Counted from the first letter of the stretch, positions 8,631 through 17,851 are shown. The stretch is DNA of 64,000 nt from Candidatus Calditenuaceae archaeon (GCA_025058225.1 JANXEE010000003.1:20366-84365); one strand, 5' to 3'. The notes: a model not told the origin generated them from the letters alone. Translations and numbers: made by a program.

Positions 8631-9539
8631 TCACGAGGTCTTTCTCCTGAGCCACCCCATAACAGCATCGATTGGGTTGATTGACGGAGGGTTGGTGGAT
8701 ATTTTGGGGCCGGAGAGGGCTATCGGGTTGTAAACCATCCCAACTCTCGAGGTCGAGGAGAGCTCGAAGTCTGGTGTCATCTCGAGGGCATAGAAGGGAC
8801 AGGCATCGACGCAGAAGCCGCAGAAGACGCATCGACCGTAGTCGACCATCGGGAAGTAGGACTTCTTGTTGACCGGAATGTTCATGGCCCTCTTCTCTAG
8901 CCTCAAGAACACCGTCAAACCGTCCTTCGCAAGCTCATAGGTCACCCGGTCTGGGGACTCGTCCTTCGCGATCCTCACTTGATAGCCCTCAGAGATCATG
9001 ACCCTGAACGAGTCCTCTAGGTAGTTCGTTACGAGGAGGTCCAAGCCGTTAGCCCAGACCGCGTCCGAGTTGAGCCGAATCACGTAACCGGCATCGGTCT
9101 TGGTGACGTTCTTGAGCGTCGCGAGGACAGGCGTCACCGGGTGCGAAAATCCTCCCCTGTACTCATCCGTTAGGTACCTGTTAAAGCCCTCTATCAGCAG
9201 GTCGACGGCCCTCGTGGCCGGCGATCCCCTCTTGCCCAGTTCCGAGTAGACGTGCTCAGGCATCTCGAGCACGGCGTCGTAGGCGTAGACCATCGTTATG
9301 GCCTCGGCGATGTTCTGGCACGCGATGTCGCAGAGGCTGCACCCGGTGCACTTCTCCAGCCTCAGCAGGTGCCTCCCCTTGGACCCCGGATATGCTATTC
9401 CCGCCTTCGGGTCGTATCTGTAGTTCTCCTGAAGGGCACTTGGAACCCGCTCGTAGGGATACTTGTACGTGTAGGGTTTCGCGAAGACGTGTTTGGCCGC
9501 CGACCAGAGGGGTCCTAGCACCTCCTTCAGGGACACCAT
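8631..9539 (-). CDS. NuoI-like 2x[4Fe-4S] ferredoxin with a large insertion (~165 aa) between the two cluster motifs
   Basis: Cluster motifs CTGCSLCDIAC and CVFCGFCVDACP. The N-terminal AKHVFAKPYTYKYPYE is typical of NuoI/HycF-type subunits. I prefer the ATG at 9539 (302 aa), with tttattatc about 25-30 nt upstream on the coding strand. Confidence 0.6.
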   Translation of the reverse strand: MVSLKEVLGPLWSAAKHVFAKPYTYKYPYERVPSALQENYRYDPKAGIAYPGSKGRHLLRLEKCTGCSLCDIACQNIAEAITMVYAYDAVLEMPEHVYSELGKRGSPATRAVDLLIEGFNRYLTDEYRGGFSHPVTPVLATLKNVTKTDAGYVIRLNSDAVWANGLDLLVTNYLEDSFRVMISEGYQVRIAKDESPDRVTYELAKDGLTVFLRLEKRAMNIPVNKKSYFPMVDYGRCVFCGFCVDACPFYALEMTPDFELSSTSRVGMVYNPIALSGPKISTNPPSINPIDAVMGWLRRKTS

Positions 9540-9628
9540 TCGGCGTTCTATGCCAATTGCTGATAATAAATTGAACTCAGTTAGTCCGCAACCGGTTCTC
9601 GGGTTCGACTCCACCGATTGGTCACGTA

Positions 9629-9635
9629 TTTATAA
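9629..9635 (+). promoter_or_regulatory. TATA-like box for the CoxG-like gene (probably a leaderless transcript)
   Basis: tttataa is centred about 26 nt upstream of the ATG at 9658. Confidence 0.4.
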
Positions 9636-9657
9636 TGCTCTCAACCGCATGCGGCGT

Positions 9658-10104
9658 ATGAAGTTCGAGGGAGCCTTTGAGGTGAACGCCCCTCCCGAGC
9701 AAGTCTTCAGGGTTGCAAGGGATCCGATGCAGTTCAGCAAGGCCATTCCGGATGTGAAGAAGGTGACCGTTCAGGACAAGGACCGGTTCAACGTGGAGTT
9801 CGTGATCTCGTTGGGGCCGATCAGGGGTAACATGAAGGTCGACTTCAAGTATGAGGAGTCGATCCCCAACAGCAGAGTTCTGGTCGCAGGAAAGGGCAGC
9901 GGCCTTCAGTCCACGGTCAACCTGAGGATCGATGCGAACATAGAACCGCTCGATGCCGGTTCGCGGGTCAAGTGGACCGCAGACTTAACTGTCGGCGGGC
10001 TCATCGCCAGTGTCGGCGGCAGGCTGATTGAGAGCGTCACAAAGGACAAGGTCACCGAGATCATAAACAACCTGAAGAAACTGGTCGAGAAGGGATCGAA
10101 GTGA
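9658..10104 (+). CDS. SRPBCC/CoxG-family protein (carbon monoxide dehydrogenase subunit G-like)
   Basis: MKFEGAFEVNAPPEQVFRVARDPMQFSKAIPDVKKV is the typical CoxG N-terminus. The ORF-track start at 9493 lies inside the divergent neighbour and is unlikely. Confidence 0.65.
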   Translation: MKFEGAFEVNAPPEQVFRVARDPMQFSKAIPDVKKVTVQDKDRFNVEFVISLGPIRGNMKVDFKYEESIPNSRVLVAGKGSGLQSTVNLRIDANIEPLDAGSRVKWTADLTVGGLIASVGGRLIESVTKDKVTEIINNLKKLVEKGSK

Positions 10105-10125
10105 CCGATGTCGGTGAGGTGCACT

Positions 10126-11280
10126 TCATCCAGTTATGCTGTGGTACCACCTTAATATGTACTCGGGGAGCTTAAGTCCCCTCTCCTGCAGCCTCTCGAC
10201 CACGAAGATCGGTACCGGGCTTGTGGCGAACGCCGCCTTGATGTAGAAGTCGTTCGGTGCCCCGGGCTCGACTTCAGTCTCGATTCTGAAGGTGTAATCC
10301 GAAAGGGACTCGAGCGTTGTGTTGCCCTTTCCGACCACCGACAGAACTGTGCCGCCCAGCTTCTTGAAGTTCCTGGTCCAGGACACCACGACCTCCGTCT
10401 CACCGCTGTAGGAGATCACCAACAGCAGATCACCTGCCCTCGGTGGCGGCGTACTGGACTCTCCAGCCACGTACACCTGGTCACCGATGGCCCTTTTGAC
10501 GTGACCGAGCCTCACGGCGATCATCCTACCCACCTCTCTGCCGCTACCGAGACCTGCGAAGAAGCAGAGGTTCCTCCTCTCCAGCAGCTCGACCATCGTC
10601 CTCATGAAGTCGCTTCCAACGAAGGTCTCAACGACGCTGTTGGTCTCGTTCATCAACCTCTGCACCCGGTCTCTGATCTCGGAAGGCCTGCCTGTGTACA
10701 TGGACTCCGCGATGGCTTGAAGCACCAGACTCGAACCCAGTATGAAGACGTCCTCCAAAATTCCGACCGACTTGAACGTCGAGGTATCGATCGCGTCTTC
10801 GTCGATTTCGCGGCCCTTGACCGTCATGCACGTCCCGAACTCGCGCCCCAATCTTCCGAGCGGGGAGTTCGGGTCGCTCGTGACCACGTCGATGCTGAAG
10901 TCCCTCTTTCGTCCTGTCCGCGTTATGTAGAGTGCCAGCTTCTGCGCGTCGACCAGCGGCACCAGCGACCTGCCGCTACCCGAGAGGATCAGCAACGAGA
11001 GTTGGCCGTAGCGGTCCCTGAGGATCGGAGCAGCGACGTCCACGTCTCTATCAGGGAAGCCGACGTCACCTCTGTCGAACACGACCTTCCCTCCCCTCAT
11101 CTTCGCGATCTCGGAGCAGACGATGCTGAGGGCGCCCTTGCTCCTGCCCTCACCGTTCAGCACTATTACGCCGGCGGCCTTAAGGGATGAGTAGAGAGAG
11201 GCGGCCTCGTCCCAGCTGACTTCCGCCACGTTCTCAAATACCTGGTTCAGGTAGCCGAATGAGCTTTTAGGGATCAGCAT
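10126..11280 (-). CDS. Tandem SIS-domain sugar-phosphate isomerase-like protein
   Basis: Two SIS-like halves: VLNGEGRSKGAL ... LLILSGSGRS and FFAGLGSGREVGRMIAVRLGH ... LLLVISYSGETEVV. Substrate not assignable. Confidence 0.55.
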   Translation of the reverse strand: MLIPKSSFGYLNQVFENVAEVSWDEAASLYSSLKAAGVIVLNGEGRSKGALSIVCSEIAKMRGGKVVFDRGDVGFPDRDVDVAAPILRDRYGQLSLLILSGSGRSLVPLVDAQKLALYITRTGRKRDFSIDVVTSDPNSPLGRLGREFGTCMTVKGREIDEDAIDTSTFKSVGILEDVFILGSSLVLQAIAESMYTGRPSEIRDRVQRLMNETNSVVETFVGSDFMRTMVELLERRNLCFFAGLGSGREVGRMIAVRLGHVKRAIGDQVYVAGESSTPPPRAGDLLLVISYSGETEVVVSWTRNFKKLGGTVLSVVGKGNTTLESLSDYTFRIETEVEPGAPNDFYIKAAFATSPVPIFVVERLQERGLKLPEYILRWYHSITG

Positions 11281-11410
11281 CTCTCAGGCCTACCCGTTTC
11301 GACCATCATTTAAGGTTGGGAAAACCCAGCCGTCCGATGGTGTGCTCTGCGGGTCGTTTCGATCGTCCGATGTGATGCTCGTGGTCGTCGGGGTCTAGCT
11401 TATATAATGA

Positions 11411-12040
11411 GTGACCTCTTGGTTGGCGGATATGGCTTTCCAGTATCCTTTCCCCGGTGCGACGACCCTCGGCATAAGGTGCAGGGACGGTGTGGTGTTA
11501 GCCTCCGAGAAGCGCCTGACGTACGGTTACTTCGTCGTGTCGAAGAACGTGAGGAAGGTCTTCCAGGTGACCCCGAAGGTCGGAGCTGCGTGTGCCGGCC
11601 TGGTGTCCGACATGCAGAACTTGATCCGGGACTTGAAGTTCCTGGTGAACTTGTACGTCTTGGAGGAGAGGAGACAACCCTCGGTGAACTCGATCGCAAA
11701 GGTGATGTCCAACCTGCTCTTCGGGAACAGGTACTTCCCCTACCTCACCGAGGCGATCGTCGGCGGTTTCGACGACAGAGGGGCGCACGTGATCGTATTG
11801 GATGCTATGGGCTCGATGATAGAGGACGACTACGCAGTCGTGGGCTCAGGTGCTGAGATCGCGGTCGGCGTGTTGGAGGGCGAATACAGGGCCGATCTGG
11901 GCCCCAAGGAGATCTACGAGCTGGCGCTGAAGGCGCTGAAGGCATCGATGGCCCGTGACAGCGGCAGCGGCAACGGCATCGACGTCCTCCTCATCAACGA
12001 CAGCGGCATCATTAAGGACGAGACAGTCCCTGTCAGTTGA
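11411..12040 (+). CDS. psmB: Proteasome beta subunit
   Basis: Propeptide followed by GATTLGIRCRDGVVLASEKR (Thr1 nucleophile context); 209 aa. Confidence 0.9.
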   Translation: MTSWLADMAFQYPFPGATTLGIRCRDGVVLASEKRLTYGYFVVSKNVRKVFQVTPKVGAACAGLVSDMQNLIRDLKFLVNLYVLEERRQPSVNSIAKVMSNLLFGNRYFPYLTEAIVGGFDDRGAHVIVLDAMGSMIEDDYAVVGSGAEIAVGVLEGEYRADLGPKEIYELALKALKASMARDSGSGNGIDVLLINDSGIIKDETVPVS

Positions 12041-12113
12041 CACCGTCCCCGTCCACTTGTAAACAGCGTAACGTGGCTAAACTATATTTCTTGGTATAAC
12101 AACGTTATGACGT

Positions 12114-12842
12114 ATGACCCTGAACCTCGTGGCGGTCAGGGCCCTCCTGTCACTGTATGCCCAAAACGGGTTTTCAAGTAGTGTCAGAATATCAACGCCG
12201 GCGCTCGCTAAGACGCTCGGGACCTCCCAGCAGTCGGCTTCAAGAATTCTGATAAGGTTGGAGAAGGAGGGTCTGATCGAGAGGAGGTCCGTCGGCAGAG
12301 TCACCTACGTCAGGGTCACGGAGCTCGGACTGAACAGGCTGGTAGAACTATATACGGATCTCAGGGCCGTAATTGAAAGGCCTATGGACTTCGTCCTCGA
12401 GGGCAGGGTCTTCACCGGGTTCGGTGAGGGTGCGTTCTACGTCTCACTGCCCCAGTACAGGCAACAGTTAAGGGAGAAGTTGGGGTTCGATCCGTTTCCC
12501 GGGACGCTCAACGTCAGGTTGCTCTCGATCGACTCGATCAACAACAGGAGGCTCCTCAATAAAATATCAGACATCTACATCGTGGGTTTCAATAACGGCT
12601 CGCGGACATACGGAGGCCTGAAGGCGATTCACGGCACCTTCAACGAAGGGGAGCTATGCGCGATCCTCTTCATCGAGCGGACCCACTACAGCGAAGACGT
12701 CGTCGAGGTGGTCTCACCAGTTTACCTCCGAGGGCGCTTCGGTCTCAAGGACGGTGACAAGGTCCGGATCCGAGTCACGATACCCAAAGAGAAAGTCGAG
12801 CGCGAAGAGGTCGGCGACGAGCTGGTCAGCGTGAGACCGTGA
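12114..12842 (+). CDS. ribK: wHTH regulator fused to CTP-dependent archaeal riboflavin kinase (RbkR-type)
   Basis: The N-terminal wHTH is ISTPALAKTLGTSQQSASRILIRLEKEGLIERR. The C-terminal GRVFTGFGEGAFYVSLPQYRQQLREKLGFDPFPGTLNVRL matches the MJ0056-type riboflavin kinase. Confidence 0.75.
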   Translation: MTLNLVAVRALLSLYAQNGFSSSVRISTPALAKTLGTSQQSASRILIRLEKEGLIERRSVGRVTYVRVTELGLNRLVELYTDLRAVIERPMDFVLEGRVFTGFGEGAFYVSLPQYRQQLREKLGFDPFPGTLNVRLLSIDSINNRRLLNKISDIYIVGFNNGSRTYGGLKAIHGTFNEGELCAILFIERTHYSEDVVEVVSPVYLRGRFGLKDGDKVRIRVTIPKEKVEREEVGDELVSVRP

Positions 12843-12899
12843 TGCTCTCCTGATCGAGCGGCTTAAATCGAGGAGCGAGCACCTGAAAGCGGAGGTTGC

Positions 12900-13649
12900 G
12901 TGGGCTTGGAGCTCGTGGAGGAATACGGAGAGGTCTTGAGCGGAAGGAAGGTGATCATAGACCTGTCTCCGGGACCTGGAGCAGTCGGGGTGATCCTGGC
13001 TAACGTTCTGCTCGAGCTGAAGGGCATCAAGAAGGTGAGATCGGTCTTCTCGCCGCACTTCCCCCAAGTCTGTCTCATAGACAGCGAGGGGCTCTCTAGC
13101 CTTCCCAAGGTTGATGTCTATCAGCACGCGAACTCCGTCAACACGGTCGTCGTGGTCAGGAACTTCGTCATCGACTCGACCGAGGCAGGAGAGTCGGTCT
13201 CGGAGAGACTGGTCAGGGACTTAGAGGTGACTCACGAAGACCTGCTGATCGTCGTCGGAAGCGGCAGACTGTCCGGGACCGGCGACGTCTACGTGGCCTC
13301 CACCGACCAGGCCCTCCTCAGGAGGGCTGTGGAGCTCGGAGCGAAGATGGCTCCAGCCATGGACGCGTTACCGGTCGACAAGCTCTCCTCCGCGTTGTTG
13401 CGGAGGTGCATAGTCGCGGGAGCGAAGGCGATGTTCGTCGCGGTCGACACCGAGGCCTTCATGCCCGACTTCAAAGCCACGAAGAAGCTGGTGCGGCTGC
13501 TCTCGCCGCTTCTAGACATTCAGATAGACAGCACTAAGCTCGATGAAGAAGCAGCGAAGCAGCAGAAGTTCATCCAACAGATGGAGAGGGCTGTCAGGGG
13601 AATGCTCGAACCGGGTGAGGAGGAGAAGAGACCTTCCTACATCGGATGA
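12900..13649 (+). CDS. PAC2-family (proteasome assembly chaperone-like, COG1938) protein
   Basis: GTG start, 249 aa. PGPGAVGVILANVLLELKGIKKV...SPHFPQVCLIDSEG resembles the PAC2 N-terminal signature. The C-terminus is ...RPSYIG, which is near but not a strict HbYX motif. Confidence 0.5.
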   Translation: MGLELVEEYGEVLSGRKVIIDLSPGPGAVGVILANVLLELKGIKKVRSVFSPHFPQVCLIDSEGLSSLPKVDVYQHANSVNTVVVVRNFVIDSTEAGESVSERLVRDLEVTHEDLLIVVGSGRLSGTGDVYVASTDQALLRRAVELGAKMAPAMDALPVDKLSSALLRRCIVAGAKAMFVAVDTEAFMPDFKATKKLVRLLSPLLDIQIDSTKLDEEAAKQQKFIQQMERAVRGMLEPGEEEKRPSYIG

Positions 13650-13650
13650 T

Positions 13651-15819
13651 TCAGTCGACGATCTCGTAGACGTAGACGTAACCGTACGTGTTGGTGCTGT
13701 ATGGAGGGCTTGAGGAGTAAACGAGCCTGTATCCCTCGATCTGTGAGGGGGTGTAGACGTAGTAGGTCTGGGTCCCCAGCGTGACTGGTTTGTACGGTAT
13801 CATGAGCCCTAGCGTCGTCTCTCTCCAGAACTTGTCGGTCGCGGTCGTGGGAGACCCGCCTGATCCGAGTAAGCTGGCCTCATCGATCGACGGGTATCCG
13901 AGGTTCGCAGCCTCTTGGTTTGCTATCTTCAGCATCCAGTACCACTTTGACTCATCGCCGTAGAAGAGTAGCTGACCTCCCTGCTGTCCCCCCACGAACG
14001 GCGCGAACGTCACGAATATCACGACGTGGGTCGCACCCAGCTCCCTGAAGATCTGCTTACTCGCGTTCGGGGGCGAGAGGAAAGCACGGGCCGTCTTCGC
14101 GATCCTGACACTGTCTATGGTCGTGTTGTCGATGATGCTCGTCTTATTCCCTAACCTCGAGATCCAGTTGCCGTAGTCCCACCACGCAGCCACTACAGCG
14201 TCCTCGGGGAGGTTGTTCTTCATCCATTCGAGAGCCCTTACCCAGTCGTGGATCGGCTGCTTAACGGGCAGGCTACTCGTCAGCACCGTCGGTGGAACGT
14301 CCGCGAAGTCGATGCTCGAATACTGTGAAACCCCTCCCGCCTTAACGGGTACGTAATAGAGCGAGATGGCCAGCAGGATCACCAGCGGTACGGCCACAGC
14401 GGCCCTGCTCTCCAGCACCGACCTCCTCCTGACCCTCGGCGCAGGCAACGTCAAGGTCCTGAAGCTTCCCTCTACGACGTAAGAGAGTGTGGTGCCGGCC
14501 AGCACCGCGATGACGGGCGATGTGGGCAGCGCGAGTCTTACCATCGAAGATGCGAAGTACAAGGCCAGCAGGGCGTAGATCGCCAAGAATAGGGCCTCGT
14601 TCGTTCCCCGCCTGATCAGCAGGTAGATCGCGAACGGTGCCAAAAGAAGCGTCGGGCCGAAGTCAAAGAAGAGAGACCCCCAAGTCGCGAGCTGATTCTC
14701 GGCGACCGATTGTACGATCGGCAGCGTCCCCCTGAACTGCGGCAGCAGCACCGAGAAGAACTTCAGTCCGGGGACGTCGAGGGCTCCGAGGGCGACGACG
14801 GTGACCCCAATAACTGCCATGGCGAGAGCCACCCCCCTAGCTATCAGCAGCGACTTGACCTCGTCGAAGCGCTCCTTCGCAAACCAAACCACCACGAGAT
14901 AGGGGATGATCAGCCACCCCGCGGCCATGCTGAGCTCCGTGAGGTATCCGATTCCCAATTTCGGGACGTTAACGGCTATCGCGGCGTAGATCGAGAAGGT
15001 TGCAAGGTAGGCCAGCAGGACGTTCCTATTGAGTCTGCCGAGCAGCGCTAACACCGCAGTGTAAAGGGGTATCATCGCTATGACCAGCCTATGGGCACCC
15101 CATGTGGCGGTGACGTAACCTATGAAGAGTCCCGAGACCACACCGAACAGAAGAGAGCCTCTGAGCGATCGCTTCTCGTTTATGGCCACGAGGTAGAAGA
15201 GGAACGCGGCATGCATCAGGGGTATCGAGAGGGCCTCATCGTCGAACCAGCCGTAGTGCGTTCTCGATATGTGAGCGGCACTGATCGAGAGGAACAGCAC
15301 CGACGCGAGGGCTGGCCCCCTCCCGACGATGTACCTGGCGAAGAAGTAGACGACCACGACCGTCACCATTCCGTAGATCACCGGAAGCGCGGCCGCAAGT
15401 GCCAGCGGGTCCACGGAGACTCCGAGCGATGACAGCGTCAGGTAGACGAATGCCATGGTGAACGCGACGCCCGGGTAGAAGGTGGATCCGATGTTGAGTC
15501 CGGTGGGGTACCAGGATTGCATGTCGACCATCCCCCTGAACTCCCAGAAGCCGGCCCAGCCCCTTTCGATGATCATCGTCGCGACTCTGTAGTGCCACCA
15601 TGGGTCGAACTCGCTCAGGAGCGGGCCCCACCTCGCCGGAAGTGACCTAACCATGAAGGCCGTTGCGACGGCTATCAGCAGAACAGCTGCCTCGATGGGC
15701 GCTAACCTCCCCCCGAGTCTCCTGTCGAGCATCCGGAAGGCGTCGGGGACCTTTCCGAAGAGCTCACGAGCTCCCGTCGACATCCTCCGATACGGCCGGC
15801 TCTCACCTAATAATCTCAC
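13651..15819 (-). CDS. aglB: Oligosaccharyltransferase AglB (STT3 family)
   Basis: 722 aa with about 13 TM segments. The catalytic WWDYG motif occurs in AAWWDYGNWIS. Confidence 0.9.
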   Translation of the reverse strand: MRLLGESRPYRRMSTGARELFGKVPDAFRMLDRRLGGRLAPIEAAVLLIAVATAFMVRSLPARWGPLLSEFDPWWHYRVATMIIERGWAGFWEFRGMVDMQSWYPTGLNIGSTFYPGVAFTMAFVYLTLSSLGVSVDPLALAAALPVIYGMVTVVVVYFFARYIVGRGPALASVLFLSISAAHISRTHYGWFDDEALSIPLMHAAFLFYLVAINEKRSLRGSLLFGVVSGLFIGYVTATWGAHRLVIAMIPLYTAVLALLGRLNRNVLLAYLATFSIYAAIAVNVPKLGIGYLTELSMAAGWLIIPYLVVVWFAKERFDEVKSLLIARGVALAMAVIGVTVVALGALDVPGLKFFSVLLPQFRGTLPIVQSVAENQLATWGSLFFDFGPTLLLAPFAIYLLIRRGTNEALFLAIYALLALYFASSMVRLALPTSPVIAVLAGTTLSYVVEGSFRTLTLPAPRVRRRSVLESRAAVAVPLVILLAISLYYVPVKAGGVSQYSSIDFADVPPTVLTSSLPVKQPIHDWVRALEWMKNNLPEDAVVAAWWDYGNWISRLGNKTSIIDNTTIDSVRIAKTARAFLSPPNASKQIFRELGATHVVIFVTFAPFVGGQQGGQLLFYGDESKWYWMLKIANQEAANLGYPSIDEASLLGSGGSPTTATDKFWRETTLGLMIPYKPVTLGTQTYYVYTPSQIEGYRLVYSSSPPYSTNTYGYVYVYEIVD

Positions 15820-15849
15820 GCTCGGGCACGGGAGCGTCGTCGCTGAGAT

Positions 15850-16149
15850 TCATTTCGCGATTCCGAAGACGAACCCTATCAGCAACCCTATGAGGAAAAG
15901 GGGGTACGCCAGCAGGGGCCCCAAAAGGTTCCTTGCGAGGTCGACTATCGGCGAAATTGCTCCTAGGACCGTCTGAACGGGGGGCAGTCCGGCAAGGGTC
16001 AGGCCGAGCAACACCAAGATCACCAGCCCCACTGCGACCAGTAAAAGGCCCTTGATCACCCTAGCTATCCCGTAACCTACCAACAGCCCGACCATGAAGG
16101 TGAAACCCTGAACGACGTACTGCTGGGCTGTGGGGTCGAGCAAGTCCAC
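15850..16149 (-). CDS. Small integral membrane protein (99 aa, about 3 TM)
   Basis: Strongly hydrophobic ORF. No family recognised. Confidence 0.45.
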   Translation of the reverse strand: MDLLDPTAQQYVVQGFTFMVGLLVGYGIARVIKGLLLVAVGLVILVLLGLTLAGLPPVQTVLGAISPIVDLARNLLGPLLAYPLFLIGLLIGFVFGIAK

Positions 16150-16201
16150 CTCGCTGAGTCTTCGTTACCCTCACTGAAGATAAGTCTTTACGGGTAGCAC
16201 G

Positions 16202-17131
16202 TCAAAGCCATCTCCACCTGCGATAAATCAGATAGAGGAGGGAGGCCTCTGTGTGCATCCGGTTCTCGGCCTGATCGTACATGACGGAGCGTGGGCCGTC
16301 GGCAACCTCGGCCTCGACCTCTTCACCCCTCTTGACGGGCATGCAATGCATGAACTTCGCATCGGGCTTTGCGTGTGACAGCAGCTCTCTGGTGACCCTG
16401 TAAAGTGGAAGGAAGGCCTTGAGTCTCTGCTCGCGCTCGGCTTCGAAACCCATCGAGACGAAGACGTCTGTGTACACGAAGTCAGCCCCCCTTACGGCCT
16501 CCTCAGGGTCGTCGGTGAGCGTCACCTCGGCGCCCGATTGCTGAGCTGCCTCCAGTGCTTTCTTAGTCTCCTCCTCCGGCACCCAGAACCCTCTCGGCGA
16601 TGCGATTGCAAAGTCGACGCCTGTCAGGGCGCAGGCCTGCATGAGGGAGGTTGCGACGTTGTTACCGTCCCCGATGAACGCTACTTTGATCCCACTGAAG
16701 GTCTTCTTCACCTCGAAGACGGTCATCAGGTCCGCGAGGGCCTGGCAAGGATGGTGCCTGTCGGAGAGCGCGTTGATGACAGGTACACTCGAGTTCGCGG
16801 CCAGCGTCTCCAGAGTTGAGTGGCTATAAACCCTGCAGACAAGTCCATCGACGTACCTCGAGAGAACCCTCCCGACGTCACTCACCGGTTCGCCCCTGGC
16901 AAGCTGTAGCTCCGTCGAAGCGAGGTAGTCGTAACTTCCTCCGAGCCTGCGGATCGCTGATGTGAAGGAGACTCGCGTCCTCGTCGAGGGCTTCTCGAAG
17001 ACCATAGCGATCGTTCTACCCCTGAGCCCGTCTGGAGGGTAACCGGCCGATTTGAAACGGACCGCCGTCCTCACGGCCTCGATGAATTCGGCTCGCGATA
17101 GGTCGAGGACCTCGAGGTAGTGTCTGCTCAT
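16202..17131 (-). CDS. argF: Ornithine carbamoyltransferase
   Basis: Motifs STRTRVSF (carbamoyl-phosphate binding), HPCQALADL and FMHCMP; 309 aa. Confidence 0.9.
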   Translation of the reverse strand: MSRHYLEVLDLSRAEFIEAVRTAVRFKSAGYPPDGLRGRTIAMVFEKPSTRTRVSFTSAIRRLGGSYDYLASTELQLARGEPVSDVGRVLSRYVDGLVCRVYSHSTLETLAANSSVPVINALSDRHHPCQALADLMTVFEVKKTFSGIKVAFIGDGNNVATSLMQACALTGVDFAIASPRGFWVPEEETKKALEAAQQSGAEVTLTDDPEEAVRGADFVYTDVFVSMGFEAEREQRLKAFLPLYRVTRELLSHAKPDAKFMHCMPVKRGEEVEAEVADGPRSVMYDQAENRMHTEASLLYLIYRRWRWL

Positions 17132-17240
17132 CGCTGAGGACTTGATCTCCCGGAAAATAATAGGCTACCGGCTTCACTTCCATCTTCGTCACGGACTGGG
17201 TCTCTCCGCTTAAATCCGGTCACTTCGGTGCTGAGCAGGG

Positions 17241-17429
17241 TTGTCGTGTCAACTCAGGGTTCGCAGCGGCCTGAGGCCCTTGACGGTCAGGCTTCCGGAC
17301 GCCTATCTCGACGCGCTGGAGGAGCTGGTGGACTCGGGTGTGTACGTGAGCGTCGCTGAGGCCGTGAGAATGGCGATAAGGGACCTCATCGCACGGGAGG
17401 GTTTCCTGATCAAGGGCGTCAAGAGATGA
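17241..17429 (+). CDS. Ribbon-helix-helix (CopG/Arc/MetJ-type) DNA-binding protein
   Basis: TTG start. LTVRLPDAYLDALEELVDSGVYVSVAEAVRMAIRDLI shows the beta-strand/helix/helix pattern of RHH proteins. Its stop overlaps the next start (ATGA). Confidence 0.6.
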   Translation: MSCQLRVRSGLRPLTVRLPDAYLDALEELVDSGVYVSVAEAVRMAIRDLIAREGFLIKGVKR

Positions 17430-17851
17430 GCTCTGCTTTACTGATCGAGGAGGTCGAGGCTGCGCTCATCGAGATCTTGGAGAGGTTGAAGGAGGAGGGC
17501 TTCATCGCGGCGATCGCGCGGAGGTCATTGCCACCGGTGTACCCAAGGGCCATGCTACTGTTAAAGGAGGTCAGGATCGAGAGGAGGACCATCGGCGGCA
17601 GCGAGTTCTCCGTTACGCAGGAGTACGAGATAGTCATCGAGAGTTCACGGCCGGATCACGCGCTTCAGGTTGAGGAGGTTGTGCGCGCTGCCATCAGGAC
17701 CATGGAGCTGCTCCTCACAGCGGGGCCGAGAACCGTCGGAGACCGCCCCTTCGATGTCTTCCCCTACGAGATGAGAAGGGTCGAGCTGCTGGAGAGCGGT
17801 AGGATGTCGACGCTCGCAGCGGTCCTCGTGAGGGCCCACGTCGGGTGGTAG
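17426..17851 (+). CDS. Hypothetical 141-aa protein, possibly related to tailed-virus neck/tail-completion proteins
   Basis: Translationally coupled to the RHH gene. The alpha/beta pattern IEEVEAALIEILERLKEEGF...PPVYPRAMLLLKEV...EYEIVIESS...EEVVRAAIRTMELLL is reminiscent of DUF3168/gp10-like neck proteins. This is from memory and unverified. Confidence 0.4.
   Translation: MSSALLIEEVEAALIEILERLKEEGFIAAIARRSLPPVYPRAMLLLKEVRIERRTIGGSEFSVTQEYEIVIESSRPDHALQVEEVVRAAIRTMELLLTAGPRTVGDRPFDVFPYEMRRVELLESGRMSTLAAVLVRAHVGW

Noticed and set aside
12843-12899. TGATGC ... CTGA ... CTGA in the spacer before the PAC2-like gene as a possible C/D-box sRNA
   Set aside because: The box spacing (4 nt between the putative C and D' boxes) is incompatible with a guide RNA. 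The match is most likely chance.
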